From positions 32,001 to 96,000 of the forward strand of contig CAZJVP010000020.1 in assembly GCA_964549615.1 (NCBI GenBank): a stretch of 64,000 nucleotides of DNA, given 5' to 3'. This DNA comes from an uncultured Thermococci archaeon. Lineage in GTDB: Archaea > CAYQAE01 > CAYVLA01. The notes under the pieces were generated by a model. It did no database searches, was not told where the DNA came from, and saw only the letters and a program-made list of their open reading frames with translations. The stretch's first letter is position 1, and each line of letters begins with the position of its first letter. A program made the translations under genes and the position numbers. Below, in pieces: positions 37,630-46,577 of the stretch.

Positions 37630-37920
37630 AGCCGGGCTTGGAATCCCCTCATACATCCGTACACCGTTCCCGTTTCTAAGAGTCCCTATGACCTTCCAGT
37701 GCAGGACAAGCGTCCTCAAAGCCCGCTCCGAACGATTGTTGGTGAACTCCACGCCGGGATGACTCACCGCCGTGGACAGGTAAGGATAAGCAGCCTTGAC
37801 CTTCCTGACAAACCTTAAGATCTTTGCAGACCGGCACGCAAGCCTGCCTCTTTCCTCCGGGGGAGGATCGTTCTTCAGGGCTTCTTTGGACGTCTCATAG
37901 ATGCTGTGAAGACCCTTCCC
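37630..37920 (-). mobile_element. IS66-family transposase C-terminal remnant
   Basis: Minus-strand fragments GLHSIYETSKEALKNDPPPEER and PGVEFTNNRSERALRTLVLHWKVIGTLRN match the IS66 TNNxxERxLR...K..G..R motif; no N-terminus or terminal inverted repeats seen. Confidence 0.7.
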
Positions 37921-38071
37921 CAGAGATTAGGCCCCCATGTGCCGCGTATCTTTTTCCCCTGCCTTTCAACAGCGTCCTTCTGATCCTTCCCAGCCTTGTC
38001 GTTTCGGCTTGTGTGCCTTGTGTGCCCTGCACGCGTGCAGTTAAATAGGGTCAAGAGTCAGGCCTTGTGCA

Positions 38072-38485
38072 ATGCCAGGCTCAGCGAACCTCGCAACCCT
38101 CGGACTCCTACTGGTCCTCATCACGGCTGGGTGCCTTTCTTCCTCGGTCGAACCCGGTAGCCAGGCCAATCAGACAGACAACGCCACCTCGACCAAGATG
38201 ATCTACTACTACTTCTACAGTGACGCGTGCCCCGCCTGCAAACTGATGGAGCAGACCACGCTATCCAACAGAACGGTCTTGGATGCGCTCGAGGCAAATT
38301 TCATCCTCAGGAAAACGAATGCTGCCACGAACGCGCGCCTCGCGCAGAGATACGGCATCGTGTTCGTGCCCACGAGCGTCTTCACGCGCCCCGACGGAGA
38401 GGAGCTCAGGAGGGTTGTGGGTGCGGTCCCGGCCGAAGAGTTCCTCAAGCTGCTGGACGAGGTCGTCGCCCTGGCGCAAGGCTGA
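38072..38485 (+). CDS. Secreted/lipoprotein thioredoxin-fold protein
   Basis: Lipobox-like TAGC, CPAC active site, VPT cis-Pro. Confidence 0.88.
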   Translation: MPGSANLATLGLLLVLITAGCLSSSVEPGSQANQTDNATSTKMIYYYFYSDACPACKLMEQTTLSNRTVLDALEANFILRKTNAATNARLAQRYGIVFVPTSVFTRPDGEELRRVVGAVPAEEFLKLLDEVVALAQG

Positions 38486-38488
38486 CGG

Positions 38489-39583
38489 TCAGGCGCGCCG
38501 AGAAAAGCATCCCCAGTATGAGGCGAGAAGCCCACGGAGCCTCGCCGATGTCCTCTGTGCCTCCGAGGTCCGCTTCTCGTCATCAACCTTCCTCGGCAGG
38601 CGTTCGGTCGGACCCTCGAACGGCATGTGCAGGGTCCCGGTCATGAGAGAGTACCAACAGCTCGGGATGGCCGCGATATCGTAGCCGCTTCCCATGATGT
38701 CTAGATACAATGCCCCAAGTTCGTCTCTAAGGCTGCCGACCCAGGAGCCCAAGGTGTGCAAGTCGGCTTTGCTGAGGCCAAGATAGGTCTGGTAACCCAA
38801 GTGCGTTATGTCGAAAAGGTAAAGGTCGGACCCGCCGTTTCTTATGATGAGCTGGGGCCTGAACTCCCTCGCGATGGGCAGCAGAATCTCTTCCCAGAAT
38901 ATCCGGTAGCACTTGATGCCAGCGAAGGGGGGCATCGGGAAGTTCACGCAATAGCCTGCTCCTCGGCCCTCCCCGATCTCCTCGACGAAGCCTCTCAGCG
39001 GATAGAAGTTCGTCGGGTCATGGTGCACGGACACCGTCAGGACGGTCGGGTCGTTGTAGAATATATCCATCGTCCCATCGCCCGCATGGGCGTCGGTGTC
39101 CAGAACCATCACCCTCTCTATACCGAGGTCCCGCGCATGTTGAGCCGCGGCTGCGACATCGTTCAGGACGCAGAAACCGCCTCCCCGGGATGGGCCTGCG
39201 TGGTGAAGCCCTCCGAAGGTGTAGACCGGCAACCGTCTCTCCTTGGCAAGCTCAACCCCCATCATGGTGGCCCCGACGATTAGCTTGTTGGCCTCCAACA
39301 TCTCCCGCTCGACTTGGGTGTCCGCAGTCAGGTACGTGAGAAAGGTGCCGGGTATCTCGCTGGCCAACTGCTCAACGTAGTTCAGGTACTCCTCGGTGTG
39401 GATCTTGAGGAGATCGTCCCTCGTTGCCTTCTTGGGCCTGACCACCTCATAGAGGTGGTTTGGCATCCTCGAGACCAGGAAATCCCAGAAATCGGTGAAT
39501 CGCTGGCCGGAGAAGGCATAGCTGGGGGGCACGTCGTACTTGGCGAACGCCGAATCGTAGATAATCAGGAAAATTGGCGCCAT
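38489..39583 (-). CDS. Histone deacetylase / AcuC-family amidohydrolase
   Basis: GGLHHA, GFCVLND, DTDAHAGDGT, GGSD, GSGY. The start overlaps the DUF2070 stop (TGATG). Confidence 0.93.
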   Translation of the reverse strand: MAPIFLIIYDSAFAKYDVPPSYAFSGQRFTDFWDFLVSRMPNHLYEVVRPKKATRDDLLKIHTEEYLNYVEQLASEIPGTFLTYLTADTQVEREMLEANKLIVGATMMGVELAKERRLPVYTFGGLHHAGPSRGGGFCVLNDVAAAAQHARDLGIERVMVLDTDAHAGDGTMDIFYNDPTVLTVSVHHDPTNFYPLRGFVEEIGEGRGAGYCVNFPMPPFAGIKCYRIFWEEILLPIAREFRPQLIIRNGGSDLYLFDITHLGYQTYLGLSKADLHTLGSWVGSLRDELGALYLDIMGSGYDIAAIPSCWYSLMTGTLHMPFEGPTERLPRKVDDEKRTSEAQRTSARLRGLLASYWGCFSRRA

Positions 39584-41349
39584 CAGAAGGTCCGGCCCCT
39601 CAGGACGATGAAGATCAGCACGCAAAGGGCAATGACGGCGATGATCAGGACCGCGGTGAACCCCTTCCCCATCGACATCATGGAGTTGAGCGTCGTGACC
39701 ATCTCCGAAATCTTGCCGGGCCCGAAGACGTTGATGCTCGGCGTCATGCGCACATCCAACCGGGCCGTAACGGGAGAAAGGCCGCTCAGCGCGTCCTTGG
39801 TTGCGGCGAGGACGTCCTCAACCAGCCCTTCCGTCGAAGCACCCGCCGGGTTGAAGTCGCCCTTGAGGAGGTTGACCGAGTGGTTGTCACTGGTCATCAC
39901 TTCGCACTCGTCCACGAGCCCCGAGAGCCTCTCCGCGATCTTCTCCCTCATGCCTCCAACCATATTATTCGCATCTACAGCGACGTAGGCTACCTTCTGC
40001 GTTCCTATCTCCATGACGCAGACGCGTATCCCCAGGGGGCCGATGCTCTCGCCCTCGCACCCTCTGACCCCGAACCCGGCCCTGATCGGGAAGGTCTCTG
40101 CAGTTGATAGCCTACGCGCAAGTTCGGCCACCGCGTTCAACAGATCGTATCCCTCCCTGTCGCCCGCATGGATCGCCTTTGCAGATTCGCTGAAGCAGTT
40201 GTGGGCATCCACCAGTGCCACCTGCCTCGCTCCCGCCGCTTTCCCGGCCTCCATGGCCGCCAAGCCAAGGCCCAGCTCAACGTCCTCCGTTGGCAGCGGC
40301 GAGAACGTATTGATTGCGAAGAGGGACCCGTCGATCATCTGACCGACCAGCTTGGAGGACCCGACCTGGACCCTCTGCACGTTCGTGCTCTTGGAGACCC
40401 ATCCGTCCCTCTCCGAAAGGACCTCCCTTGCGACCCGGGCGAGCTTCCGGGTCTCCTGAGCCGACGTCGGGTTCAAGTCGTGGGTAGACGAGCCGTGGAC
40501 GACCAGCAGACACCCTGACTCCGAGGAAAGCTCGTCGTCAAGCAGTTTCGTCACATTGGAAGCCCCAAGGTTTCCCAGAGGGCCGGGGTGAACATATGGG
40601 ACGATGATCATCCCCTTCGGCTTGCCGGTGTCGGCGTCCCTGAAAACCAGATGGCCGGCAGGCACGGTCACGGACTGACCTATCGTCTGGAAGAATCGCT
40701 CCATTGACAAGGAGTTGCTCGTGAGGTGGTCGAAGAAGGAGCTTATCAGGTCAAACACCCCGAAGCCGAAGGCCTGCTTCATCGGGGACTCGATGATTTT
40801 CATGTAGACGAAAACGCCGGCCGCTATCGTGGCAAAAACCGCCAAGGCGACTATGGGTTTGAAGTTCTCCGGGAGGAGGTACAGGCCCGGGGCAACCCTT
40901 TCCATGGCTAAAAGGATGGCTATCTGGAAGAGAGGCTGCGTGCTCGCGGGCAGCACGCATGATATCCTGTTTATGTTGGTTATGGAGAGTATGGCGAAGT
41001 AGCTCAACGCGAAGGCCATCGCCTGGCCGAAGATGAGGGAGTCCAAAAGCAAGGAAGGGGCGAAAGCGTAGGGAACGAAGAAGAAGAGGGCGATGACCAG
41101 CATCGATATGAGGGAGAGGAACATCGACCTGCGTATGAACAAGCTCCTGCTCCATGGCCTCGTCATGGCGGTGGATGCCGCGGCGGAAAGCAGCGCTGGG
41201 ACGCCGAAGACCAAGAAGGAGAAGACGTAGTGGCCGCGCATGAACAGGCCAAAGAGGATCGTGATGAGGATCACCGCGATGGCGGTCGCGTGGTACCTCG
41301 GCACGCTGAAGGCATACTTCCTCAAGGACCTGAGCTTGTTTACGTCCAT
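39583..41349 (-). CDS. DUF2070 family membrane protein
   Basis: N-terminal TM bundle, then VHPGP...G.SN, HG.STHDLNP, DAHNC, DANNM, TSDNH.VN. Confidence 0.88.
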   Translation of the reverse strand: MDVNKLRSLRKYAFSVPRYHATAIAVILITILFGLFMRGHYVFSFLVFGVPALLSAAASTAMTRPWSRSLFIRRSMFLSLISMLVIALFFFVPYAFAPSLLLDSLIFGQAMAFALSYFAILSITNINRISCVLPASTQPLFQIAILLAMERVAPGLYLLPENFKPIVALAVFATIAAGVFVYMKIIESPMKQAFGFGVFDLISSFFDHLTSNSLSMERFFQTIGQSVTVPAGHLVFRDADTGKPKGMIIVPYVHPGPLGNLGASNVTKLLDDELSSESGCLLVVHGSSTHDLNPTSAQETRKLARVAREVLSERDGWVSKSTNVQRVQVGSSKLVGQMIDGSLFAINTFSPLPTEDVELGLGLAAMEAGKAAGARQVALVDAHNCFSESAKAIHAGDREGYDLLNAVAELARRLSTAETFPIRAGFGVRGCEGESIGPLGIRVCVMEIGTQKVAYVAVDANNMVGGMREKIAERLSGLVDECEVMTSDNHSVNLLKGDFNPAGASTEGLVEDVLAATKDALSGLSPVTARLDVRMTPSINVFGPGKISEMVTTLNSMMSMGKGFTAVLIIAVIALCVLIFIVLRGRTF

Positions 41350-41393
41350 CCCCGCACGCCTTCTTGCAGGAGAGGCCCTTGGAACAGATATAA

Positions 41394-41993
41394 ATGAAAG
41401 CGGACGGGAAAGCTGCCGTGGGAGTCGAAAGGGAGCCGAGGCTGTTCGTTTTCAATGCGCACCAGTGTGATCCGAAGAAATGCACCGGGCAGAAGCTGAA
41501 ACGACACGGCCTGGTCACGGTCGTGAAAAGGATCCCTTTCGGAACGGTGCTCCTGGACCCCTTCGCGACGATCACCCTGAGCCGGGGGGATCTGGACCGG
41601 GCGCTGGATCGGGGGATGACCGCCCTGGACTGCTCCTGGAAGAATGCCCAGGCAATATTTAAGAGAGGCGCAGGTTCCACGGTACGTAGACGGATACCCT
41701 GGACGGTCGCCACGAACCCCATCAACTACGGGAAGCCGTGCGAGCTGAGCACCGTCGAGGCCTTGGCGGCCGGCCTGTACATTTTGGGGTTCAAGAAGAG
41801 GTCCGAAGAGCTTCTGAACAAGTTCAAGTGGGGTCCCTTCTTCACGGTGCTGAACGGGGAACTCCTAGAACTGTACTCGGAAGCTGACACGTCCGAGGGC
41901 GTGGAGGAGGCCGAAAGAAAGGCTTTGGAGCGATTGCGATGCCAAGGTTCGAGGAAGCCGAAGCAAGGCTGTTCAACAAGAAGATCTGCATGA
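41394..41993 (+). CDS. tsr3: SSU rRNA aminocarboxypropyltransferase Tsr3 (DUF367)
   Basis: [39 protein letters not shown]. Confidence 0.93.
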   Translation: MKADGKAAVGVEREPRLFVFNAHQCDPKKCTGQKLKRHGLVTVVKRIPFGTVLLDPFATITLSRGDLDRALDRGMTALDCSWKNAQAIFKRGAGSTVRRRIPWTVATNPINYGKPCELSTVEALAAGLYILGFKKRSEELLNKFKWGPFFTVLNGELLELYSEADTSEGVEEAERKALERLRCQGSRKPKQGCSTRRSA

Positions 41994-42085
41994 AGTGCAA
42001 TGCGAGAAACCCGCCCAGGGCCTCCAAGTGCAGGAAGTGCGGAAGCAAGGCACTCAGGTTCAAGAACAAGGAGGTCAAGGGTTAA
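41939..42085 (+). CDS. rpl40e: 50S ribosomal protein L40e (not in the ORF track)
   Basis: Hand translation [48 protein letters not shown]. Confidence 0.96.
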   Translation: MPRFEEAEARLFNKKICMKCNARNPPRASKCRKCGSKALRFKNKEVKG

Positions 42086-42213
42086 CCTTACTGTGCCTGC
42101 GAGGGCGCACATCTAGCACTTGCCAACACCAAGATGGCCCGCACGCATGGAACGTCAGCCGGGCGCCCTAACGGGGGCTCACCGCGCGACCTCACAACAC
42201 AGCTCGCCCCGCC

Positions 42214-43146
42214 TCAGTACACCGGGCTGAGCCATTCCTTGTGTCGCTCGTCCGCACCCGTAGCGGCCCTGAAGTACGCCCTCTGGATCTCCGCCGTCAC
42301 TGGGCCGCAGGTACCCTTGCCGATCTTGACGTGACCGATCTGGGTCACGGGGGTGACCTCGCCCGCAGTTCCGACCATGAACACCTCATCCATCCCCAGA
42401 AGCTGGGCCCTGGTGAGGTCCACCTCCTGCACGGACCTGCCGGCCTCCTTGAGCAATTCGATAACGGTCATCCTCGTGATGCCCGGAAGGATCGAGGCTG
42501 TAAGAGGCGGCGTGAGAATCCTTTCGTCCTTCACGGCGAAGATGTTCTCGCCGCTTCCCTCGCTCACGAAGCCGCGGCTGTCCAGGAATATCGCCTCATC
42601 GAAGCCGTTCTCAACCGCCTCCATCTTGGCAAGCACCGAGTTCAGGTACTGCCCGCAAGCCTTCACCTCGGGAGGCAGCGACCTCGGCGAGATCCTCTCC
42701 CAGGACGTGAACATGACCTTCACTCCCTTCTCCAACGCATCCTCGCCGAGATACCGCCCGAAAGGCAGGGCGTAGATGAACATCCTCACCGGGTTCTTGA
42801 ACGGGTTGAGACCAAAGGGGCCGGGGCCTCGGTAGACCACGGGGCGCAGATAGCAGGTCTCACGGATCTGATTCTTCGCAACGACCTCCTTGCAGAGATT
42901 CGCGATCTCCTCGGGCGAGGCGGGAAGCTGCATCCTGTAAACCTTCGCCGAGTAGAAAAGCCTCGAGACGTGATCGGCCAACCTGAAGAGGAATACGTTC
43001 TTCTTTTCCTCATTCCAGTATCCGCGGATTCCCTCGAAGACGCCGGTCCCGTAGTGGAGGGCGTGTGTCGTGACGTGGATCTTGGCGTCCTCCCAGCGGA
43101 CGTACTCGCCGTCCATCCAGACGTACTGCGCCTTCCGTTCGGCCAT
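42214..43146 (-). CDS. ilvE: Branched-chain amino acid aminotransferase
   Basis: HALHYGTGVFEGIR, YLRP, KACGQY.NS, EGSGENIF, ILPGITR, GTAGEVTP. Confidence 0.96.
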   Translation of the reverse strand: MAERKAQYVWMDGEYVRWEDAKIHVTTHALHYGTGVFEGIRGYWNEEKKNVFLFRLADHVSRLFYSAKVYRMQLPASPEEIANLCKEVVAKNQIRETCYLRPVVYRGPGPFGLNPFKNPVRMFIYALPFGRYLGEDALEKGVKVMFTSWERISPRSLPPEVKACGQYLNSVLAKMEAVENGFDEAIFLDSRGFVSEGSGENIFAVKDERILTPPLTASILPGITRMTVIELLKEAGRSVQEVDLTRAQLLGMDEVFMVGTAGEVTPVTQIGHVKIGKGTCGPVTAEIQRAYFRAATGADERHKEWLSPVY

Positions 43147-43207
43147 TTGCAGCATCTCCCACGACATCGAGACATTTTTCAAACTCCTTTTTTATCTTAT
43201 CCCGTCT

Positions 43208-43303
43208 GCTCCAGTGGTGTAGCGGCCAATCGACCTTCTTCAGGGCCACACATCTGGGACTCTCGATCCCAGGCCCCGGGTTCAAATCCCGGCTGGAGCA
43301 CCA
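43208..43303 (+). tRNA. tRNA-Glu(CTC) with encoded CCA and a 20-nt intron at position 21/22 (43230-43249)
   Basis: Acceptor stem GCTCCAG/CTGGAGC, anticodon arm TGGGA-CTCTCGA-TCCCA, T arm CCGGG-TTCAAAT-CCCGG; D-loop interrupted by a 20-nt insert; T-rich promoter-like tract at ~43188-43200. Confidence 0.93.
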
Positions 43304-43636
43304 TGAACCTCAATTGACTGCCCGACCTTGCCTCCCTAGGATCCTGTACGATCTCACCGCGCACCGTGATTCGATTCCCCAACGGTCGCCTTGCAAGCCC
43401 CTTCGGCGAACGGGGATCTCAGAACACGGAGCTCTTCGCCGGCCTCTCGCTAAAAAGAGAAGGTAGCGGTCAACCTCGGTGGCTGTTTCGAAGGCTCATG
43501 GTCGCAGGGAATCCTCGACCGCCTTCCCAACCTTAATGCACACGTACTCCTTCGATCTCATGGGCCCTCCTCGGATACCGGGATGAACGGCGGTGGTCCG
43601 GGCTCCCCCCATTGCTTAGGCGGTTGGCCCAGCAAT

Positions 43637-44707
43637 TCAAGGCGAGCGCTGCTTCGTCCTTCGCTCGCCCGGCTGCCAGGGATCGGAACTAGTTTGGGGA
43701 ACTTCGAAGACCAGCAGCCTGTCGACCTCCAGGTTCACGCCGAAATCCTGGCTGTGCGTTGGGTCAATCGCCTCCACATACATCAGATACCTGGGGCGCA
43801 GAGGATCCCGAATGATGTCGACGTAGCTGTGAACGGGAAAAGGTTCCTTCTCGTACTGGGTCGTCGCCTTCCACCTTCCCCGAAAGATCGTCTCAAGATT
43901 GCATCCCCTCCAGTCCAACACGTAGGCGCCCAACGTGTTGGACACGGCCGCCCCGTTCCTGACCTCCCGGCTGTCGAACCCGACGAAGATGGGGCCCATG
44001 CAACCGGACAGGAAGCTCCCACACAGTAGATGATAGCGTGGCTGCTCGGTTCCGTCGAGCCTGAGCGGACCATGCTTCTTCCACTTGAAGCCGTCGCCGC
44101 TCGTCGCCAGTGCGGTTCTCACCTGCTTGCCGTCGTTGGCCTTGTACAGTGCAAGATACAGACCATCGACGATGCCGATGCTACAGTCCCTTGCTTCCCT
44201 TGAGTCATACGCCTCGCTGCGTTTGATAGCTTCGCACTCAAACCTCCAAGGTCCCTCGGGCGTTTCGGACGAGAAGAGGAACGTCCCCCATCCGGCCCCG
44301 TCGTCTAAAGCCAAGTAGAGATGGCAGCGATCGGTCGCAGGATCCTTGAGGAGCTGCTGTCCCTCGATGCTTCTCACCTCGACCCCCGAGAGGCGAGCGA
44401 CCTCCTCCTTGGCTATGGACTGGACCAACCTGAACTTCTCCCCATTCCTTGACGAGTAGATCTCGACCGCGTAACCCCTCACCCCCAGCTTGCGGGGCCT
44501 TGTCGTGAGCCAGAACAACCCTGAATCCAAGTCAAACAAAATCTTGCCTGCTCCCCTCCACGAGCCCGCTTTGAAGTCCGGCGGATCTAGAGCTATTCCG
44601 ATGAAATGCCTGCGGGTCAGGAAGAGCTGGGGAGGAGTAAGTCCCTGCCAGCTCGCCTCCGAGGCAGCATGGCGATGGCCCTTGCCCATGAGCATCCCGG
44701 TCGGCAC
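43637..44707 (-). CDS. Probable five-bladed beta-propeller glycoside-hydrolase-like protein
   Basis: Blade motifs SETPEGPW, ARDCSI..VDG.Y..LY, ATSGDGFKWKK; start uncertain. Confidence 0.5.
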   Translation of the reverse strand: MPTGMLMGKGHRHAASEASWQGLTPPQLFLTRRHFIGIALDPPDFKAGSWRGAGKILFDLDSGLFWLTTRPRKLGVRGYAVEIYSSRNGEKFRLVQSIAKEEVARLSGVEVRSIEGQQLLKDPATDRCHLYLALDDGAGWGTFLFSSETPEGPWRFECEAIKRSEAYDSREARDCSIGIVDGLYLALYKANDGKQVRTALATSGDGFKWKKHGPLRLDGTEQPRYHLLCGSFLSGCMGPIFVGFDSREVRNGAAVSNTLGAYVLDWRGCNLETIFRGRWKATTQYEKEPFPVHSYVDIIRDPLRPRYLMYVEAIDPTHSQDFGVNLEVDRLLVFEVPQTSSDPWQPGERRTKQRSP

Positions 44708-44838
44708 TTGGGCTTATTATCTCTTCCGAGCCAACGTGCCCATTTTTTTCAAGCATTTTGCTCCCGCCCAGGCCATACTCTTTCATCGTTACAGACATAC
44801 GTGCTCCAACTTCGTTCTCGAACTCACGAGGTGATCCT

Positions 44839-45444
44839 ACGAGACTCAAGATTGCGTTCATCTTGGCAGTTCTTGCTCTGGCCACGCAGCAGGCGATGGC
44901 TGGGGATCAGATCTTCGGAACCCCAAGCTACGTGCAAGCGTCCGTCCGGAACTGGTGGGGTAACGCCGTTCCGGTGTACTACTACGGCCGAGGCGAGCTT
45001 TATCTGGCCGCCTACACCGCCGTCGCAGGCGGGGTCAACGTACGAGGCTTCATGCACAAGGACTTCGTCTGGGACAACCCAACCGGACCGGCAACCGCCC
45101 GGTTCGACTTCGCGCTCTGCGCAGAGGTCGCGGTCGGCACGCCGGTCTCCGGCGTTGAGATCACCGTTACGGGATTCCTCCGCGACGTCACCAGCACGGA
45201 ATATCCGATCTACAGCGTCCTCTACAGCTACACGAGATCGACCCTTGGCTATCAGGTGTTCATCACGGGCGGCCCCCGCAACATCAGGCTCGAGATGGTG
45301 AAAGGCCACAGCTACACGATCGGATACGTGGTCGACGTCTCGGCGTACTGCTATCTGAGATCCCTCTGCCCAATGGCCTGCGCGAACCTTGGCGAGCAAG
45401 GCTGCAGCTTCTGGTGGCAGCCCACCGGGGTTTTCAACGGGTGA
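44839..45444 (+). CDS. Secreted beta-rich hypothetical protein
   Basis: Signal peptide (T/M)RLKIAFILAVLALATQQAMA after GAGGTGA. The apparent start codon is ACG; the ORF is open from 44758. Confidence 0.6.
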   Translation, partial: TRLKIAFILAVLALATQQAMAGDQIFGTPSYVQASVRNWWGNAVPVYYYGRGELYLAAYTAVAGGVNVRGFMHKDFVWDNPTGPATARFDFALCAEVAVGTPVSGVEITVTGFLRDVTSTEYPIYSVLYSYTRSTLGYQVFITGGPRNIRLEMVKGHSYTIGYVVDVSAYCYLRSLCPMACANLGEQGCSFWWQPTGVFNG

Positions 45445-45448
45445 TCGG

Positions 45449-45892
45449 ATGAGGCACATGCTTGCTCTCATCCCATCCGTCCTTTTTCTGCTCGGGTACG
45501 CCGGGTTGCAGGGGATCCGGGACGGCGAGTTGGCCAGGAAGCAGTCGACGGCAAACCGCCTATCGTTTGAGATGAGCGCGCTCTCCGCGCATGTGTCAAG
45601 AAGCATCCAGTCGGTCAGCGTGGGCAACGGATCCTACGAAGAGGCGCAGCGAGAGATCGCCGATGCCAACGAGCGCCTCGCGGCCATACAGCGGGATCTT
45701 GAGGCCACCTGGTCCGAGATGGACGAGCTCAAGGTGAAGGCTGCGGACGATGAGGCGCTGGCGAGGATCTTCAAGCTCGCGGGCATCGGCCTTTCGGCGT
45801 TGGCCTTCGGGTTGATAGGCAGCCGCGAATCCAGGGTTGCTCCGCACTGCCTAGTTGCAATGGCGCTGACGCTCATGTTGTCGGTGGTGTAG
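45449..45892 (+). CDS. Membrane protein with coiled-coil ectodomain
   Basis: N-terminal TM, heptad segment AQREIADANERLAAIQRDLE, two C-terminal TMs; operon-like spacing. Confidence 0.6.
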   Translation: MRHMLALIPSVLFLLGYAGLQGIRDGELARKQSTANRLSFEMSALSAHVSRSIQSVSVGNGSYEEAQREIADANERLAAIQRDLEATWSEMDELKVKAADDEALARIFKLAGIGLSALAFGLIGSRESRVAPHCLVAMALTLMLSVV

Positions 45893-45896
45893 GAGA

Positions 45897-46523
45897 TTGA
45901 GATCGGCACCGATCCTCGCCGTCCTCTTCTTGACATCGTCCGCCTGTGCCCTGACGATCGAGGAGGCCTTGCGTTTTGAAACCGAGCGGAAGCTCCACAT
46001 AAGCGTATCGGTCAAGGATCTTCAGACACCAAATCTTTCCTTGAGTTGGGCGATCCCGTCAAGCCATATTCTGGAGCTTCCACCTCTGGCGAACCAGTCA
46101 GGCGTGCTCACAAAGACTTCCGAATCTGCATTGACGGTCTTCGTCACATGCACGGAACCCGTATCATTCTCCTTCCTGGTAGAGTTTCCTTGCGAGGACA
46201 GCCGGAACCATGCCTTCCCGGCCGCCCGCTCGGGGGCCAACATCTCCAGACACACCCTTCGCGTCCTTCTTCCCGACGGTTGGACCGCCGCCGGATTCTC
46301 GCAGGGGTGCAGGAAGATATACGATCCTGAGGCGGGCAGGGTCGCACTGGAATGGGCCGATGTTGGTTCAGGGCGCTGCGAGGCGGTCCTCTTACGCCCG
46401 GGCCGGGAAGCGGAGATAAGGTGGAGACTGACCTGGATGATGATCCGTGGGTACGTTCTCGTAGGCCTTCTCGTCGTCCTCGTACTGCTTGGCGCAATCC
46501 TACTTCGTCGCATCGCCCTGTAG
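45897..46523 (+). CDS. Secreted, C-terminally anchored hypothetical protein
   Basis: Signal peptide, N-x-S sequons, C-terminal TM followed by RR. Confidence 0.65.
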   Translation: MRSAPILAVLFLTSSACALTIEEALRFETERKLHISVSVKDLQTPNLSLSWAIPSSHILELPPLANQSGVLTKTSESALTVFVTCTEPVSFSFLVEFPCEDSRNHAFPAARSGANISRHTLRVLLPDGWTAAGFSQGCRKIYDPEAGRVALEWADVGSGRCEAVLLRPGREAEIRWRLTWMMIRGYVLVGLLVVLVLLGAILLRRIAL

Positions 46524-46577
46524 CTCCTGCCCCCGGGGGATTTAGGATAGTAAAGACTCGCAGGAGGTCCGCGCGAT

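Noticed and set aside
37258-37767. 169-aa minus-strand ORF as an intact gene
   Set aside because: Only the first ~40 aa are IS66-like; the remainder is antisense to nrdD.
43270-43303. attL/attR duplication of the tRNA 3' end marking an integrated element
   Set aside because: No second copy and no integrase were found by eye within the window.
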